From an uncultured Acidobacteriota bacterium (GTDB taxonomy: Bacteria; Acidobacteriota; Blastocatellia; RBC074), in contig CAWCKY010000006.1 in the NCBI GenBank assembly GCA_963796275.1, positions 2,304,001-2,368,000 on the forward strand: a stretch of 64,000 nt of DNA, given 5' to 3'. The notes under the pieces were generated by a model. It had not been told where the DNA came from and did not search any database. It saw only the letters and a program-made list of their open reading frames with translations. Shown here in pieces: positions 11,185 to 20,999 of the stretch (positions are counted from its first letter, which is position 1; each line of letters starts with the position of its first letter). The position numbers were made by a program, and so were the translations under genes.

Positions 11185-11235
11185 GGTGCGTCCGCTTTCA
11201 GGCGGTCAGAGTTTAACGCCTAATGGCGGAACTCC
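11185..11235. repeat. Degenerate REP-like doublet (same family as 14741-15105 and 41075-41139)
   Basis: tccgctttcaggcggtcag ... cgcctaatggcggaactcc matches the GGAGTTCCGCCTTCAGGCGG / CCGCGTAAACGCGGAACTCC pair. Confidence 0.7.
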
Positions 11236-11785
11236 ATGCGCCTTATATTTTTATATGGGCGAGAAAATCCGCCTCCAGAATCAGTGAATCCGTCATCTGC
11301 CAACCTCAAGTGTGCCATACTCGTCGAGTTTGCGTCAGGCAAGAGCGCTCGTTCTCGGCGAGGTAATTGCCGCGGCGCTCCCCATCCGCTCGGCTCCTAA
11401 TGTTTATTCTGCGTTGCGCCCGCCATGCATTGCTTGATCGGACATCGTGATCGAAAACATCGAACAGATCGTGTCCCGCTAAACGCTGCTGCGCTGAGCC
11501 GCGCAACTCCCGCACATTAAAAAGTTAGCAGACGATGTTTGTCTTGTATTCGTTTAGGATGATTGGACGAGGTTAGCTGCGATAGGTTTTTATAGATATT
11601 TGATTTGAAACTCTTTCGTCACGTGCGGCTTGGACGATACGCCATTCCAGTAAATGGACTGTTGCCCGCAATTAGCATATCTCGGAAGACGAACCGCGAC
11701 GCCAACCCCTTGTCGTACCCTGACGAACGAGAATCTCAACAACGTCTTTTTGAAAATGTCTAATTTAATTTATAAAAGTTGCCCT

Positions 11786-14437
11786 TTATTCCGCTCGCAG
11801 AGCGATCATGGGGTCTACCTTTGTCGCACGTCGCGCCGGAACCCAACAAGCTAACAGAGCAACGATGTTCAGAATCAAAGCTATTAAGAGGAAGGTCGGC
11901 GGATCGGTCGCGCTCACTTCGAAGAGCAGGTTTTCCATCAGTCGAGTCAGCGCCAACGAGGCGATCAAACCGATCGTCACACCAGCCGATATCAGTTTGA
12001 GCCCTTGCTTTAAGATCATCATCATAACATCGACCCCGTCTGCCCCTAACGCCATTCGAATCCCGATCTCGCGCGTGCGCTGGCCGACGGAATACGAAAT
12101 GACGCCATATATGCCGATGGTGCCGATAATGAGCGCGACCGCCGCGAAAACTCCGAATAGCAGCATGCCATTGCGGCGTAGCGCCATCGAGTTGGCCAGC
12201 CTCTCATCCATAGTCATCATCTCATAGATCGGTTGATCAGGATCGCCTACCGCGACCTCATTACGTATGGCCGCCATCATAAGCCCGGGGTCAGTGGCAG
12301 TACGAACAGCCAATATTGGATCAGTGTAGACGGGAGTCTGCGAATACGGAAAATATATCTCAGGGTTCACCTCTTCGTCGAGTCCGAGATGTTTGACATC
12401 AGCTACCACCCCGACGATGGATAGCCAGGGCGATTGGGGATTATGGCTATCCAGACGTTTGCCGAGCGGGTCTTCGGCTGAAAAGAAACGACGAGCCAGC
12501 GTCTCGTTTATGATCGCCACGTGTGGCGTATCGGCGCGATCATCATCGTTAAATGCGCGCCCGGCGCGCATCTGCATTCCCATAGTACGGAAATAATCGG
12601 AGCTGACGGTGTTTAACTCGACAACCGGCTCTCTACCTTTCTCCCACGGCGGTCGGCCCTCGATGTTGAGTGTGCCGCGGCCGGACAGCCTGGTGAGCGG
12701 CAGCCACGTGGTCAATGCTGCCGATTGGACGCCGGGCAGTGTCTGCAGGCGCGAGAGCAACTCTCGGCAGTAGGCGAAGCGCTGTGGCGATCCGGGAGGA
12801 TATTTCGAGTAACTGAGCCGCACATTCAGCGTCAGCACATTCTCCGATTGAAAACCTCTTTCTACATTGCGCAGGCGGAGGAAGCTTTTGATCATCAACC
12901 CCGCCCCTATCAACAGCGCAAGCGACAATGCGAGTTCGACCACCACCAGTGTTGGGCTCGCCCGTCGCCAGTCCCCGCGATTAGAGAATCGAGCCCTCAG
13001 ACCTTCCTTCAGCGCTTCGTTCAAATCTATCCGGGATACCAGCAATGCTGGCAGCAAGCCGGCGATCGCGCAGGTCAGAGTCGAGATGGAGAAAGTGAAA
13101 CCGAGCACTGAGCCATCGATACCCAGTTCTTTGACGCGCGGGATCCAGTCTGGTTCGAGCGCCACCAAACAGCGGATGCCGGCCCAGGCTATCTGTAACC
13201 CGATCATTCCGCCCAGAATGGACAGGATGGCGGTCTCGGTCATTAGTTGCCGGACGAGCCGCGCACGTCCAGCTCCCAAAGAGGCGCGAACCGCCAATTC
13301 TTTCCTGCGCGCCATAGCCCGCACGAGCTGCAGGTTGGCGACGTTGACGCAGGCGATAAGCAGAACGAATGCGACGGCCCCGGATAGTATAATCAGCGCC
13401 AACCGCGCGTTTCCGACTATCTTCTCGCTCAGCTTGGTAACTTTGATCTCTGCGACTCCGGCTGCTCCTGATCGCTGCCCGCGGAGAGTAATCATTTCTA
13501 AATCCGATTGCGCCAGCTCTATAGTTATGCCCGGCTTTAGTCGCCCAAGCACATTGATCAATATGCTTTCATCGCGCGGCAGGTTGAGAACGTACGGCGT
13601 CCAGGCATCGATATCAGGTTGATAAGCGACTTGGAAGAGTCCAACGCTTCCAGGAAAACGAATCCCGGATGGCATTACACCGACAATCAGGAAGCTGTCA
13701 CCATCGAGCATCAACGTTTTCCCCACAATATTCGGATCAGAACTGAAGCGGCGCTGCCAAAACCGCTGACTCAACAGCGTCACGCGTTGACTGCCGGGCC
13801 GATCTTCATCAAGGCGGAAGTCGCGACCGAGCAGAGGCTTGACGCCCAGCGAAGGAAAAAAGTTGGCGGATATCCGTCCCAGTATCAGCCGCTCGGCCTC
13901 TCCGCCCACGGTGAAGTTGGCGTCGCCGGTATCATAAAAGGCGAGCTGGTCGAAACTCTGACTCTGTCTGCGCCAGTCGAGATAATTCCTGCCTCGGAGC
14001 AGCTCGATATTTCTCAATGGATATGAGACCGTGACCGTGACAATTTGATCAGGGTCCGAGTAAGGCAACTGCTTCAACAATACCCCGTGAACCACACTGA
14101 AGATCGCGGTGTTCGCTCCGATTCCGAGCGCCAGTGAGAGGACAGCCACCAGAGTGAAGCCGGGGTTCTTGGTCAGCATCCTCACACCGTAGCGTAAATC
14201 TTGCCACGCATCCTCAATCCATTTCACGCCGCGCGCGTCGCGGCTACGTTCCTTCGCCTGCTCCATCCCGCCGAAGCTTTTCAGCGCAGATAGCCGCGCA
14301 TTTTCCGGGCTCATCCCAAGACGGATGTACAGCTCGGTCTGATTCTCGATGTGATGGCGCAACTCCTCATCCAGTTCGCGCTCTGCTCGAGACCTGCGCA
14401 GTAGCGCCCGCAGCGCCATCTTCAATCTACTCAGCAT
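11786..14437 (-). CDS. ABC transporter permease, ADOP family (duplicated MacB-PCD/FtsX)
   Basis: ERELDEEL..H leader, [69 protein letters not shown]. Confidence 0.95.
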   Translation of the reverse strand: MLSRLKMALRALLRRSRAERELDEELRHHIENQTELYIRLGMSPENARLSALKSFGGMEQAKERSRDARGVKWIEDAWQDLRYGVRMLTKNPGFTLVAVLSLALGIGANTAIFSVVHGVLLKQLPYSDPDQIVTVTVSYPLRNIELLRGRNYLDWRRQSQSFDQLAFYDTGDANFTVGGEAERLILGRISANFFPSLGVKPLLGRDFRLDEDRPGSQRVTLLSQRFWQRRFSSDPNIVGKTLMLDGDSFLIVGVMPSGIRFPGSVGLFQVAYQPDIDAWTPYVLNLPRDESILINVLGRLKPGITIELAQSDLEMITLRGQRSGAAGVAEIKVTKLSEKIVGNARLALIILSGAVAFVLLIACVNVANLQLVRAMARRKELAVRASLGAGRARLVRQLMTETAILSILGGMIGLQIAWAGIRCLVALEPDWIPRVKELGIDGSVLGFTFSISTLTCAIAGLLPALLVSRIDLNEALKEGLRARFSNRGDWRRASPTLVVVELALSLALLIGAGLMIKSFLRLRNVERGFQSENVLTLNVRLSYSKYPPGSPQRFAYCRELLSRLQTLPGVQSAALTTWLPLTRLSGRGTLNIEGRPPWEKGREPVVELNTVSSDYFRTMGMQMRAGRAFNDDDRADTPHVAIINETLARRFFSAEDPLGKRLDSHNPQSPWLSIVGVVADVKHLGLDEEVNPEIYFPYSQTPVYTDPILAVRTATDPGLMMAAIRNEVAVGDPDQPIYEMMTMDERLANSMALRRNGMLLFGVFAAVALIIGTIGIYGVISYSVGQRTREIGIRMALGADGVDVMMMILKQGLKLISAGVTIGLIASLALTRLMENLLFEVSATDPPTFLLIALILNIVALLACWVPARRATKVDPMIALRAE

Positions 14438-14462
14438 TCGGGTTCCTCACTTTCTTTCGGAT

Positions 14463-14660
14463 CACACGCCGCGCACCATCAGCACGAACTGTGCCAGAGA
14501 ATCGCTGCTACGCTCTCCCTCGTCGCAATGTTTTCCCAGCCGTCGTCAACTTTATAACTTTGCGCGCTCGTTACCCTCCGACTCTTCCCAATCTGCGATA
14601 GTCAGACGCGCGTCGCGTGCAACACCCCCGCAGCGCTGGTTAGAACAGGTCGAGCATCCT
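14463..14660 (-). pseudogene. Decayed PadR-family regulator remnant upstream of the ADOP permease
   Basis: Minus-strand fragments MLDLF*, ADWEESEGNERAK and KLTTAGKTLR (frameshifted) align by eye with TLDML, AEWGVSENNRRAK and KLTRTGRKQL of the intact PadR at 52213-52539. Confidence 0.65.
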
Positions 14661-14695
14661 CCGCGACCTGAGCTCCTCTCGTGTTTCGATAGAGG

Positions 14696-14725
14696 AGGTT
14701 AATGGCTGAACCTGTCGAATGTCAA
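14696..14725 (-). promoter_or_regulatory. Putative sigma70 promoter / PadR operator of the (padR)-ADOP unit
   Basis: Minus strand TTGACA-N18-TAACCT; the TTGACATTCGA core recurs as TTGACGTTCGA upstream of the intact padR (52606-52616). Confidence 0.45.
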
Positions 14726-14740
14726 TAGGGAAAACGCGCT

Positions 14741-15105
14741 CGGAGCTCCGCCTTCAGGCTGTCTGTAATCATGAGAAAAGAAAAGACCGCGTAAACGCGG
14801 AACTCCAAACGCGATCTCGATGTTCGGAGTTCCACCTTCAGGCGGTCAGGGAATCATACGAAAGAAAAAGACCGCGTAAACGCGGAACTCCAAACGCGAT
14901 CTCGATGTTCGGAGTTCCACCTTCAGGCGGTCAGGGAATCATACGAAAGAAAAAGACCGCGTAAACGCGGAACTCCAAACGCGATCTCGATGTTCGGAGT
15001 TCCACCTTCAGGCGGTCAGGGAATCATACGAAAGAAAAAGACCGCGTAAACGCGGAACTCCAAACGCGATCTCCATGCTCGGAGTTCCGCCTTCATGCGG
15101 TCAGA
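14741..15105. repeat. BIME-like tandem array of REP doublets, 85-bp period, ~4.3 units
   Basis: GACCGCGTAAACGCGG recurs at 14785, 14870, 14955 and 15040. Each unit has GGAGTTCCRCCTTCAGGCGG and the inverted GGAGTTCCGCGTTTACGCGG; the middle units are identical. Confidence 0.93.
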
Positions 15106-15295
15106 AATCATGAGAAGTAATCTGAGAAACTGTGGTGTGAGGCTACTCCTTAATCGCAGCTTTTCTCTCAAAAACAGCGCAGGTAGTCACAATTATCGCG
15201 CCGCACCGCGCGAAGCATGAGGTTGGCGCGGTCCCGGGGTCTACAGGTGGAACGTTTCGTTCACGGTATTTCAGGCGGGGCGGTGGAAACTTATT

Positions 15296-15541
15296 TGAAG
15301 CCAGTGCAAATTAAAATCCAACAGAATCAATAATCTTGCACTCAGCGCCGGAGGCGCGTAATGACTATAGCTCACGATCCTAACCATAACCTGAGCTCCG
15401 GAGGAGCGACATATGAATGCCTACCTGTCGCTCCGGAGCTCGTGAGAATTTTGGTGACCGAATACTATAAACATTCCGCGCCTCTGGCGCTCAGGTCCGA
15501 AAATGCTGATTCCAATTAACTTTTATTTTGCACAGTCTTCA
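15296..15541. mobile_element. ~245-bp imperfect palindromic element (MITE/REPIN-like)
   Basis: Terminal IRs TGAAGCCAGTGCAAATTAAAA / TTTTATTTTGCACAGTCTTCA; nested IRs AGCGCCGGAGGCGCG / CGCGCCTCTGGCGCT and GAGCTCCGGAGGAGCGACA / TGTCGCTCCGGAGCTC. Confidence 0.65.
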
Positions 15542-15613
15542 CTTATATAAGCTTGGTTTTGACGTCACGTAATCGGGGGTCGGTGACTACGTAACGAGAT
15601 TCGTAGTCTGGCG

Positions 15614-16501
15614 TTACCGCAGGTACTTATTGAAAAATTCGAGAGTGCGAGTCCATGCCAATTTGGCGGAGGCTTCGTCATATCGCGGCGTCGTGTCGTT
15701 GTGGAAGCCGTGTTGTTTACCCTCGTACATTTGCAGCGTATAGACCTTGTTGTTAGCCTTCAGCGCCGCCTCGTAAGCCGCTATGCCTGCGTTGATGCCC
15801 TGATCATTGCCCGCGTATTGAAGCAACAAAGGCGCGGAAATTTTGGGAACATCATCCGCGCCCGCCTGGCGACCATAGAAAGCGACGCCGGCATTCAGAT
15901 CAGCCCCCAGTCGAACAGCCAATTGATTCACCATCCCGCCGCCAAAACAGAAACCGACCGCACCGAGTTTGCCGGAGGAATCGGGACGTGCCTTGAGCCA
16001 CTGGGCTGCGGCGATGAAATCTTCGGTCATCTTTTTACCATCCACCGTGCGGAAGGCAGCGACGCCTTTCTCCTCGCTCCCGGGATATCCGCCGACCGAA
16101 GTCAATCCATCGGGCGCAAAAGCGATGAAATTGGCGAGCGCAAGGCGACGCGCCACATCCTCGATATAGGGATTGAGTCCGCGGTTTTCGTGAATGACGA
16201 GGACGACGGGCAGCTTTCCATCTTTTGCCGGGCGCGCCAGATAACCTTTGATCGAACCGTTTCCTGCGGGCGATTGCACGACTTCGTACCCAACTTTGAT
16301 GCGTTTGTCATCCGGTGGCACCTGCTGCGCCCAGGCGAAGTTGGGTGTCAGGCTTTCGAAAATCGCCGCGACGGTCAGGCCCCCGGTCGCAAACTTGCCC
16401 GCACGTTCCAGGAAAGTGCGGCGGTTGATCTCGCCGTGTTGGTATTCGTGAAACAGGTCTAACAGTTCCTGTGGATAATCTGATGCTTGCTTTCGTTCCA
16501 T
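15614..16501 (-). CDS. Dienelactone hydrolase family protein (YghX-like)
   Basis: IHENRGLNPYIEDVARR, nucleophile elbow GFCFGG, HGFHNDTTPRYD; INRRTFL leader. Confidence 0.92.
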   Translation of the reverse strand: MERKQASDYPQELLDLFHEYQHGEINRRTFLERAGKFATGGLTVAAIFESLTPNFAWAQQVPPDDKRIKVGYEVVQSPAGNGSIKGYLARPAKDGKLPVVLVIHENRGLNPYIEDVARRLALANFIAFAPDGLTSVGGYPGSEEKGVAAFRTVDGKKMTEDFIAAAQWLKARPDSSGKLGAVGFCFGGGMVNQLAVRLGADLNAGVAFYGRQAGADDVPKISAPLLLQYAGNDQGINAGIAAYEAALKANNKVYTLQMYEGKQHGFHNDTTPRYDEASAKLAWTRTLEFFNKYLR

Positions 16502-16751
16502 TCTATCTCCTTGCGTATGTTGGGAGCGGAGTACGAGGCATCTATCCTACACCGCTGGTGAATCCGGATGGCCGGTGCGATCCCAACCGGGAAATTGCAA
16601 GCGCCCGGGTCATCCGTAACAGTCAATCTGTAACTTGCATTTCCTAAGACGAACGCAGGGCCGCGCCGGATTCAGCGTCTATCGAAATTTTTCTCAGAAT
16701 GAAATATATGGGGGCTCAAACGTCGCGCCCGACATCCGACTGCATACGTAG

Positions 16752-18263
16752 TCAGTCGGGTCTTGCCTCAGCAAGTGACATCTGCGAGGTCTCAGGGACC
16801 TTCGTGTCGCAGGCGCGCCGAAATTCCAGAATGCCGTCATCGATCGCTCCCAAGCGAAACCTGAAAATATCGAACGCATAGTTCTGGGGATTGCGCCAGG
16901 GACCTTTCATTCCCACTCTGGGCATGTTCTCTTCCGCGCGTTTGATGTACCCCGACTTCAGATTTCCGAGCGGTTTCACCGGCATCGTGGGATCAGGCGC
17001 TTTCGGTCTTGCCTCAACATAATCGTGTGCGTCCATAAAATTGATCAGGCGGCAAAAATACTCCGCCAGCAGGTCGGCGCGGAGTGTCCACGAAGCATTC
17101 GTGTAACCAAAGACGAACGCCAGATTGGGCACACCGCTGAACATAATCCCTTTATACAAAACGACCTTGCCGGTCTCGATGAGCTGCTCATCGACCCTGA
17201 CCTCCGCGCCTCCCGCAAACTGAAGGTCCAACCCGGTTGCGGTGATAATGATGTCAGCCTCGAGTTCCCGTCCCGCGCTTAGCTTGAGACCTGTCTCGGT
17301 GAAGGTGTCAATCTGTTCGGTGACGATGGAAACCTTACCCGCGCTGATGGCCGCGAAAAGATCATTATCGGGAACAATACACAACCGCTCATCCCAGGGA
17401 TTGTAGCGCGGCGCGAAATGCGCCATATCGAACTCCGGCCCCAATTGCTTACGAATCAGCTTGAGCAACTTCGTCCTGGCTTGCTCTGGAAACCTGCGGG
17501 CGGCATTGAAGAAGATGAGTTGCAAAACCACGTTTCTCCAGCGCGTCAACCGGTAAGCCAAACTGAGCGGCAAATGACTGCGCAACCAGTTGGCGTTGGC
17601 GTCAACCGCCGGCAGCGACAACATATAGGTCGGCGACCTCTGCACCATCGTCACGTGCGACGCTTTGTCGGCCATCGCCGGTACCAAGGTGACTGCCGTC
17701 GCACCGCTGCCGATGACGATGACGCGTTTGCCCGCATAGTTGAGGTCCTCAGGCCAAAATTGCGGATGAATAATCGTTCCCTTGAAACGCGATAGCCCCG
17801 CGAACTCCGGCGTGTAGCCCGCTGAATAGCGATAATAGCCCGAGCACAACATCACGTAGCGCGCCGTGAACGATACTTTGCGCTCTTCGTGGTCGGCCTC
17901 CACCGTCCACAACGCATCTGCAGAGGACCAGGAGAGGCGGCGGACCAAATGTTTGAAGCGTATGTGCGGAACTATCTCATACTCCTCAGCCGCTTCTTTC
18001 AGATATGCGAGGATAGCAGGGCCGTCCGCAATTGCCTTCGGATGTTTCCAGGGTTTGAAGTTGTAGCCGAGCGTATGCATGTCGCTATCCGAACGAATGC
18101 CCGGATACCGAAACAAATCCCAAGTGCCACCGATTGTGTCGCGGCCTTCCAGCACCGCAAAGGTCTTGCCCGGACAGTGCAACTGCAAGTGGACGGCTGC
18201 GCCGATCCCCGAAAGACCCGCGCCAATGATAACTACATCGAAAGATTTCATTCTCAATGCCAC
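16752..18263 (-). CDS. Baeyer-Villiger/FAD-containing monooxygenase (EthA-like)
   Basis: GAGLSG, GGTWDLFRYPGIRSDSD, FKGTIIHPQFWP fingerprint, GSGATA, GYTNASWTL. Confidence 0.93.
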   Translation of the reverse strand: MALRMKSFDVVIIGAGLSGIGAAVHLQLHCPGKTFAVLEGRDTIGGTWDLFRYPGIRSDSDMHTLGYNFKPWKHPKAIADGPAILAYLKEAAEEYEIVPHIRFKHLVRRLSWSSADALWTVEADHEERKVSFTARYVMLCSGYYRYSAGYTPEFAGLSRFKGTIIHPQFWPEDLNYAGKRVIVIGSGATAVTLVPAMADKASHVTMVQRSPTYMLSLPAVDANANWLRSHLPLSLAYRLTRWRNVVLQLIFFNAARRFPEQARTKLLKLIRKQLGPEFDMAHFAPRYNPWDERLCIVPDNDLFAAISAGKVSIVTEQIDTFTETGLKLSAGRELEADIIITATGLDLQFAGGAEVRVDEQLIETGKVVLYKGIMFSGVPNLAFVFGYTNASWTLRADLLAEYFCRLINFMDAHDYVEARPKAPDPTMPVKPLGNLKSGYIKRAEENMPRVGMKGPWRNPQNYAFDIFRFRLGAIDDGILEFRRACDTKVPETSQMSLAEARPD

Positions 18264-18475
18264 TTTGCCACTTTATGAAATAAAGTCTAAACCTTTTTAT
18301 TTACCCGTGCCAGGCATATCTTGCGGAGCACTGTCCGCAGGATTAGCAGTGTTAAATGGTTTAGAAGATACAAATAGCTTGATGCGCCGACAGCACAATG
18401 CGGTTGAAAGTTCCGGCCGCGTATCGGCGAGCGATCTTCAGGATCGTTCCATTATCAGAACTGGGGATGAGCCGC

Positions 18476-18856
18476 TTAATCAAGCTGGTCAGCGGCGGTA
18501 TGCCTGCCCACCGTGAAGGGGTCGCCGATGAGCCAGCGCCACGTGCCGTCCGGTTGCCGGCGGGCGACCTCGATTGCATATACCGCCATAGGTTCGGGCG
18601 CGGATACCTTCCACGCGGTGTGCATCAGTGCTATGTCGCCGGACTGGATAATCTGTTTGATCTTGAAGTCGAAAGTAGCTTTAACCGCCGCAAATTGGGC
18701 CAATTCCTTTTTCAGCGCCTCCCCGGTCTTTACTTCGCTTCCTCGATTCAGAAAGACCGCTTCCGGGTCATAGAGGCTAAACACCGAGTCAAGATTGCCT
18801 TCGGCCATGTACTTTTTGAAAAGATGACAAATTTCTTCAGGGCTTTTCGCCGGCAT
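18476..18856 (-). CDS. SnoaL/NTF2-like (YybH/DUF4440) protein
   Basis: LYDPEAVF, GDIAL, EVARRQPDGTWRWLIGDP; strong GGAGGAGGA RBS before ATG 18856. Confidence 0.85.
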   Translation of the reverse strand: MPAKSPEEICHLFKKYMAEGNLDSVFSLYDPEAVFLNRGSEVKTGEALKKELAQFAAVKATFDFKIKQIIQSGDIALMHTAWKVSAPEPMAVYAIEVARRQPDGTWRWLIGDPFTVGRHTAADQLD

Positions 18857-19106
18857 TGTACTCCTCCTCCGCAATTGGAAACATCGGGCGCCTCGAAACG
18901 CTAGAAGCTTGCGACTTTGCGCGCCGCGCCCCTGCTCAATCTTGCGATGGATTCACCCTTACCGCAACAGAAATTCTCTGCTACGAAAATGTGGGCAGGC
19001 TGTTTGTCCGGGTTCTTTGAGGTACTCCCCATTGTCTAGACAAAAATTCAGCGAAGGTAAGGTGGATCGCTGCAAGCGGTTTTCAAGCCGAGAGCCGTCT
19101 GACCAA

Positions 19107-19166
19107 TTCCCACCGACTACCGTGGGCGGGATTTAGAATCATTCACGACTTCAGTCGGTGGGGTTT
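19107..19166. repeat. Degenerate palindromic REP-like doublet (CCCACCGAC..GTCGGTGGG family)
   Basis: ttcccaccgactaccgtgggcgggattt ... cacgacttcagtcggtggggttt; a perfect copy is at 30240-30267. Confidence 0.6.
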
Positions 19167-19245
19167 TAATGGAAACGAAATTCTTTACTGGGATTATCTT
19201 GCATGCAACGAATGCTGGCTGGTTTACAGAACTTCTCCCTTTTTC

Positions 19246-19593
19246 CTAGGGAAGTGCGAGGCGCTTTATCTGAATGATGTGACCCATATCATCAATCGGG
19301 ACGAGCCATCCGTCTTTAAGAATATAGCTGCTGTACCAGTATATGTGCCTGCACCGCCTCGCGACTGCGCCGACATCTGGCGGAAGTCCGTGTTTGCCTT
19401 CTCCACACCTTCTGATTTCGGTCGGTGCGCCGACGACTTCAAGCAACCGCGACTCACTGTCGTCGGGATGAATGTGGCGGAATCGCCGTTCCAATGTATC
19501 GGACCTCACGAGAAGGAAGCCGAGGAAAAGTACTAATGCCGCGATTGCGGCGCCGGCCGTAACTATGATGCGTCGTACATATTTACTTGCCAT
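19246..19593 (-). CDS. Small hypothetical protein with an N-terminal transmembrane anchor
   Basis: 115-aa ORF with a hydrophobic N-terminus and a SmpA/BamE-like 'LLEVVGAP' pattern; no family recognised with confidence. Confidence 0.55.
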   Translation of the reverse strand: MASKYVRRIIVTAGAAIAALVLFLGFLLVRSDTLERRFRHIHPDDSESRLLEVVGAPTEIRRCGEGKHGLPPDVGAVARRCRHIYWYSSYILKDGWLVPIDDMGHIIQIKRLALP

Positions 19594-19875
19594 ATATTGG
19601 ATATCAGGGCGATCTCGTGCTGTCTCGTGCTGTGTTGATGCGACGCACCAGCACAGGCCGCTATTTGTAAACTTGGATTCAAACGCGCGTTCTGGACGGC
19701 TTTACAGCTCACGCTCACTCGCCGGCAATGGAAGATTTCCGGAGGCTATGAACAATCGGCGCGGCGGCCTCGACTATCATTCGATAACTTACTGTCCAAG
19801 GCGGATAATCCGAAGGCCGTTGATTATCTGCTGGTCCGCGAACGCCGTCTCGGCCTTCGCAATCGACACGCCGGT

Positions 19876-20445
19876 TCATCGGGGAGGAACCCAGGATTTG
19901 GCGAGCAGGCGCCGTACCATCGGATCAAAGGTGGAAATCGGTTCATTGTGGTAACCCGGGTCAAATGACACTTCGTCATATTTGGCGCAGAACTCGACCG
20001 TCCTCTCGTAAGCCGGGTCGCCCTTGAATCGGTCCCGCGCGTCGGGGTCCAGCCCAAGGTGGGCGGCGAAAAAGTACGTCTGGAACAGGCTGTGGTGCAC
20101 CAGCATAAAGTAGTTGTCGCGGCAAATGAACGGGCGCAGGATGGACGCTATCACCTCGCCGTGGTTGAACGGCCCGAGCGTTTCGCCGATGTCGTGCAAC
20201 AGTGCGACAACCACGTACTCCTCATCCCTGCTATCGCGCAAGGCCCTGGTCGCTGCCTGGAGGCAGTGGTCGCGTCGTGTGATGTTGTATGCGGTGTCCT
20301 GGCCGAGGGCGTCGAGCAACCCGAACAGCCGGTCGGGCAATTCCTGCAGGGTCTGCTCGTGGACCCGTTTGAGTATCCGGAAATCTTCGTCCGTCCCTTC
20401 ATCCATCCGCTTGAAATGCATCTTCTCAGGTAGTGGCTGCGACAT
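19876..20445 (-). CDS. HD-domain phosphohydrolase family protein
   Basis: HCLQAATRA, ALLHDIGE, NHGE, YDEVSFDP; GGAGG RBS. Confidence 0.88.
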   Translation of the reverse strand: MSQPLPEKMHFKRMDEGTDEDFRILKRVHEQTLQELPDRLFGLLDALGQDTAYNITRRDHCLQAATRALRDSRDEEYVVVALLHDIGETLGPFNHGEVIASILRPFICRDNYFMLVHHSLFQTYFFAAHLGLDPDARDRFKGDPAYERTVEFCAKYDEVSFDPGYHNEPISTFDPMVRRLLAKSWVPPR

Positions 20446-20999
20446 AATGTGTCACCTCCATCTGCAAGCGTTCGAACTCCGGTTGGAGTTCACTCGTTTG
20501 AGTTCCTCCTTCACACGCGGTCAGAGTAGCATCAACTGAAGGCGCAAATCCAAACTTAAAACCCGCATGAAGACGGAACTCAATAAACTCATTTATTAAC
20601 ATTTACAATATCTCATCTGTTACTTTGCTAAGCAACTCATCGGCGATTCATTTCAATCAGCGAACGTCTGACATACAGTTCACCCGTCCCTCGGAGCCGG
20701 CTTCTCAATAATTTTTTTAAGTGGCGGCCTCAAACTTTGTGCTCTTCGGCGCAGGCGCGGCCTCAATTCGGTTGAGAATGGATTACAATCAATCGGCATC
20801 CGTCATCCGGAGCATTTATTGATGAGGCCCTTGCGACTTGTAAAACGGGGCTGGTAAGTTAGTTCATGAGTCTGGTTGTTTTACTGAACTATTGTACTTG
20901 CGCCATTGTCTAGTTTTAACATTCAATGCTTAGTATCGCGGATCAATCACATAGGCTGATATCTATAACGGGAATTCGTAAAACGGGAAAAACAGATAT

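Noticed and set aside
14719-14964. 81-aa ORF across the repeat array
   Set aside because: It is just the translation of the tandem repeat.
14741-15105. Possible CRISPR array
   Set aside because: The sequences between the palindromes are identical rather than unique spacers, the period is 85 bp, and no cas genes are present.
18300-18316. Sigma54-like TGGCACG upstream of the monooxygenase
   Set aside because: The -12 GC element is absent.
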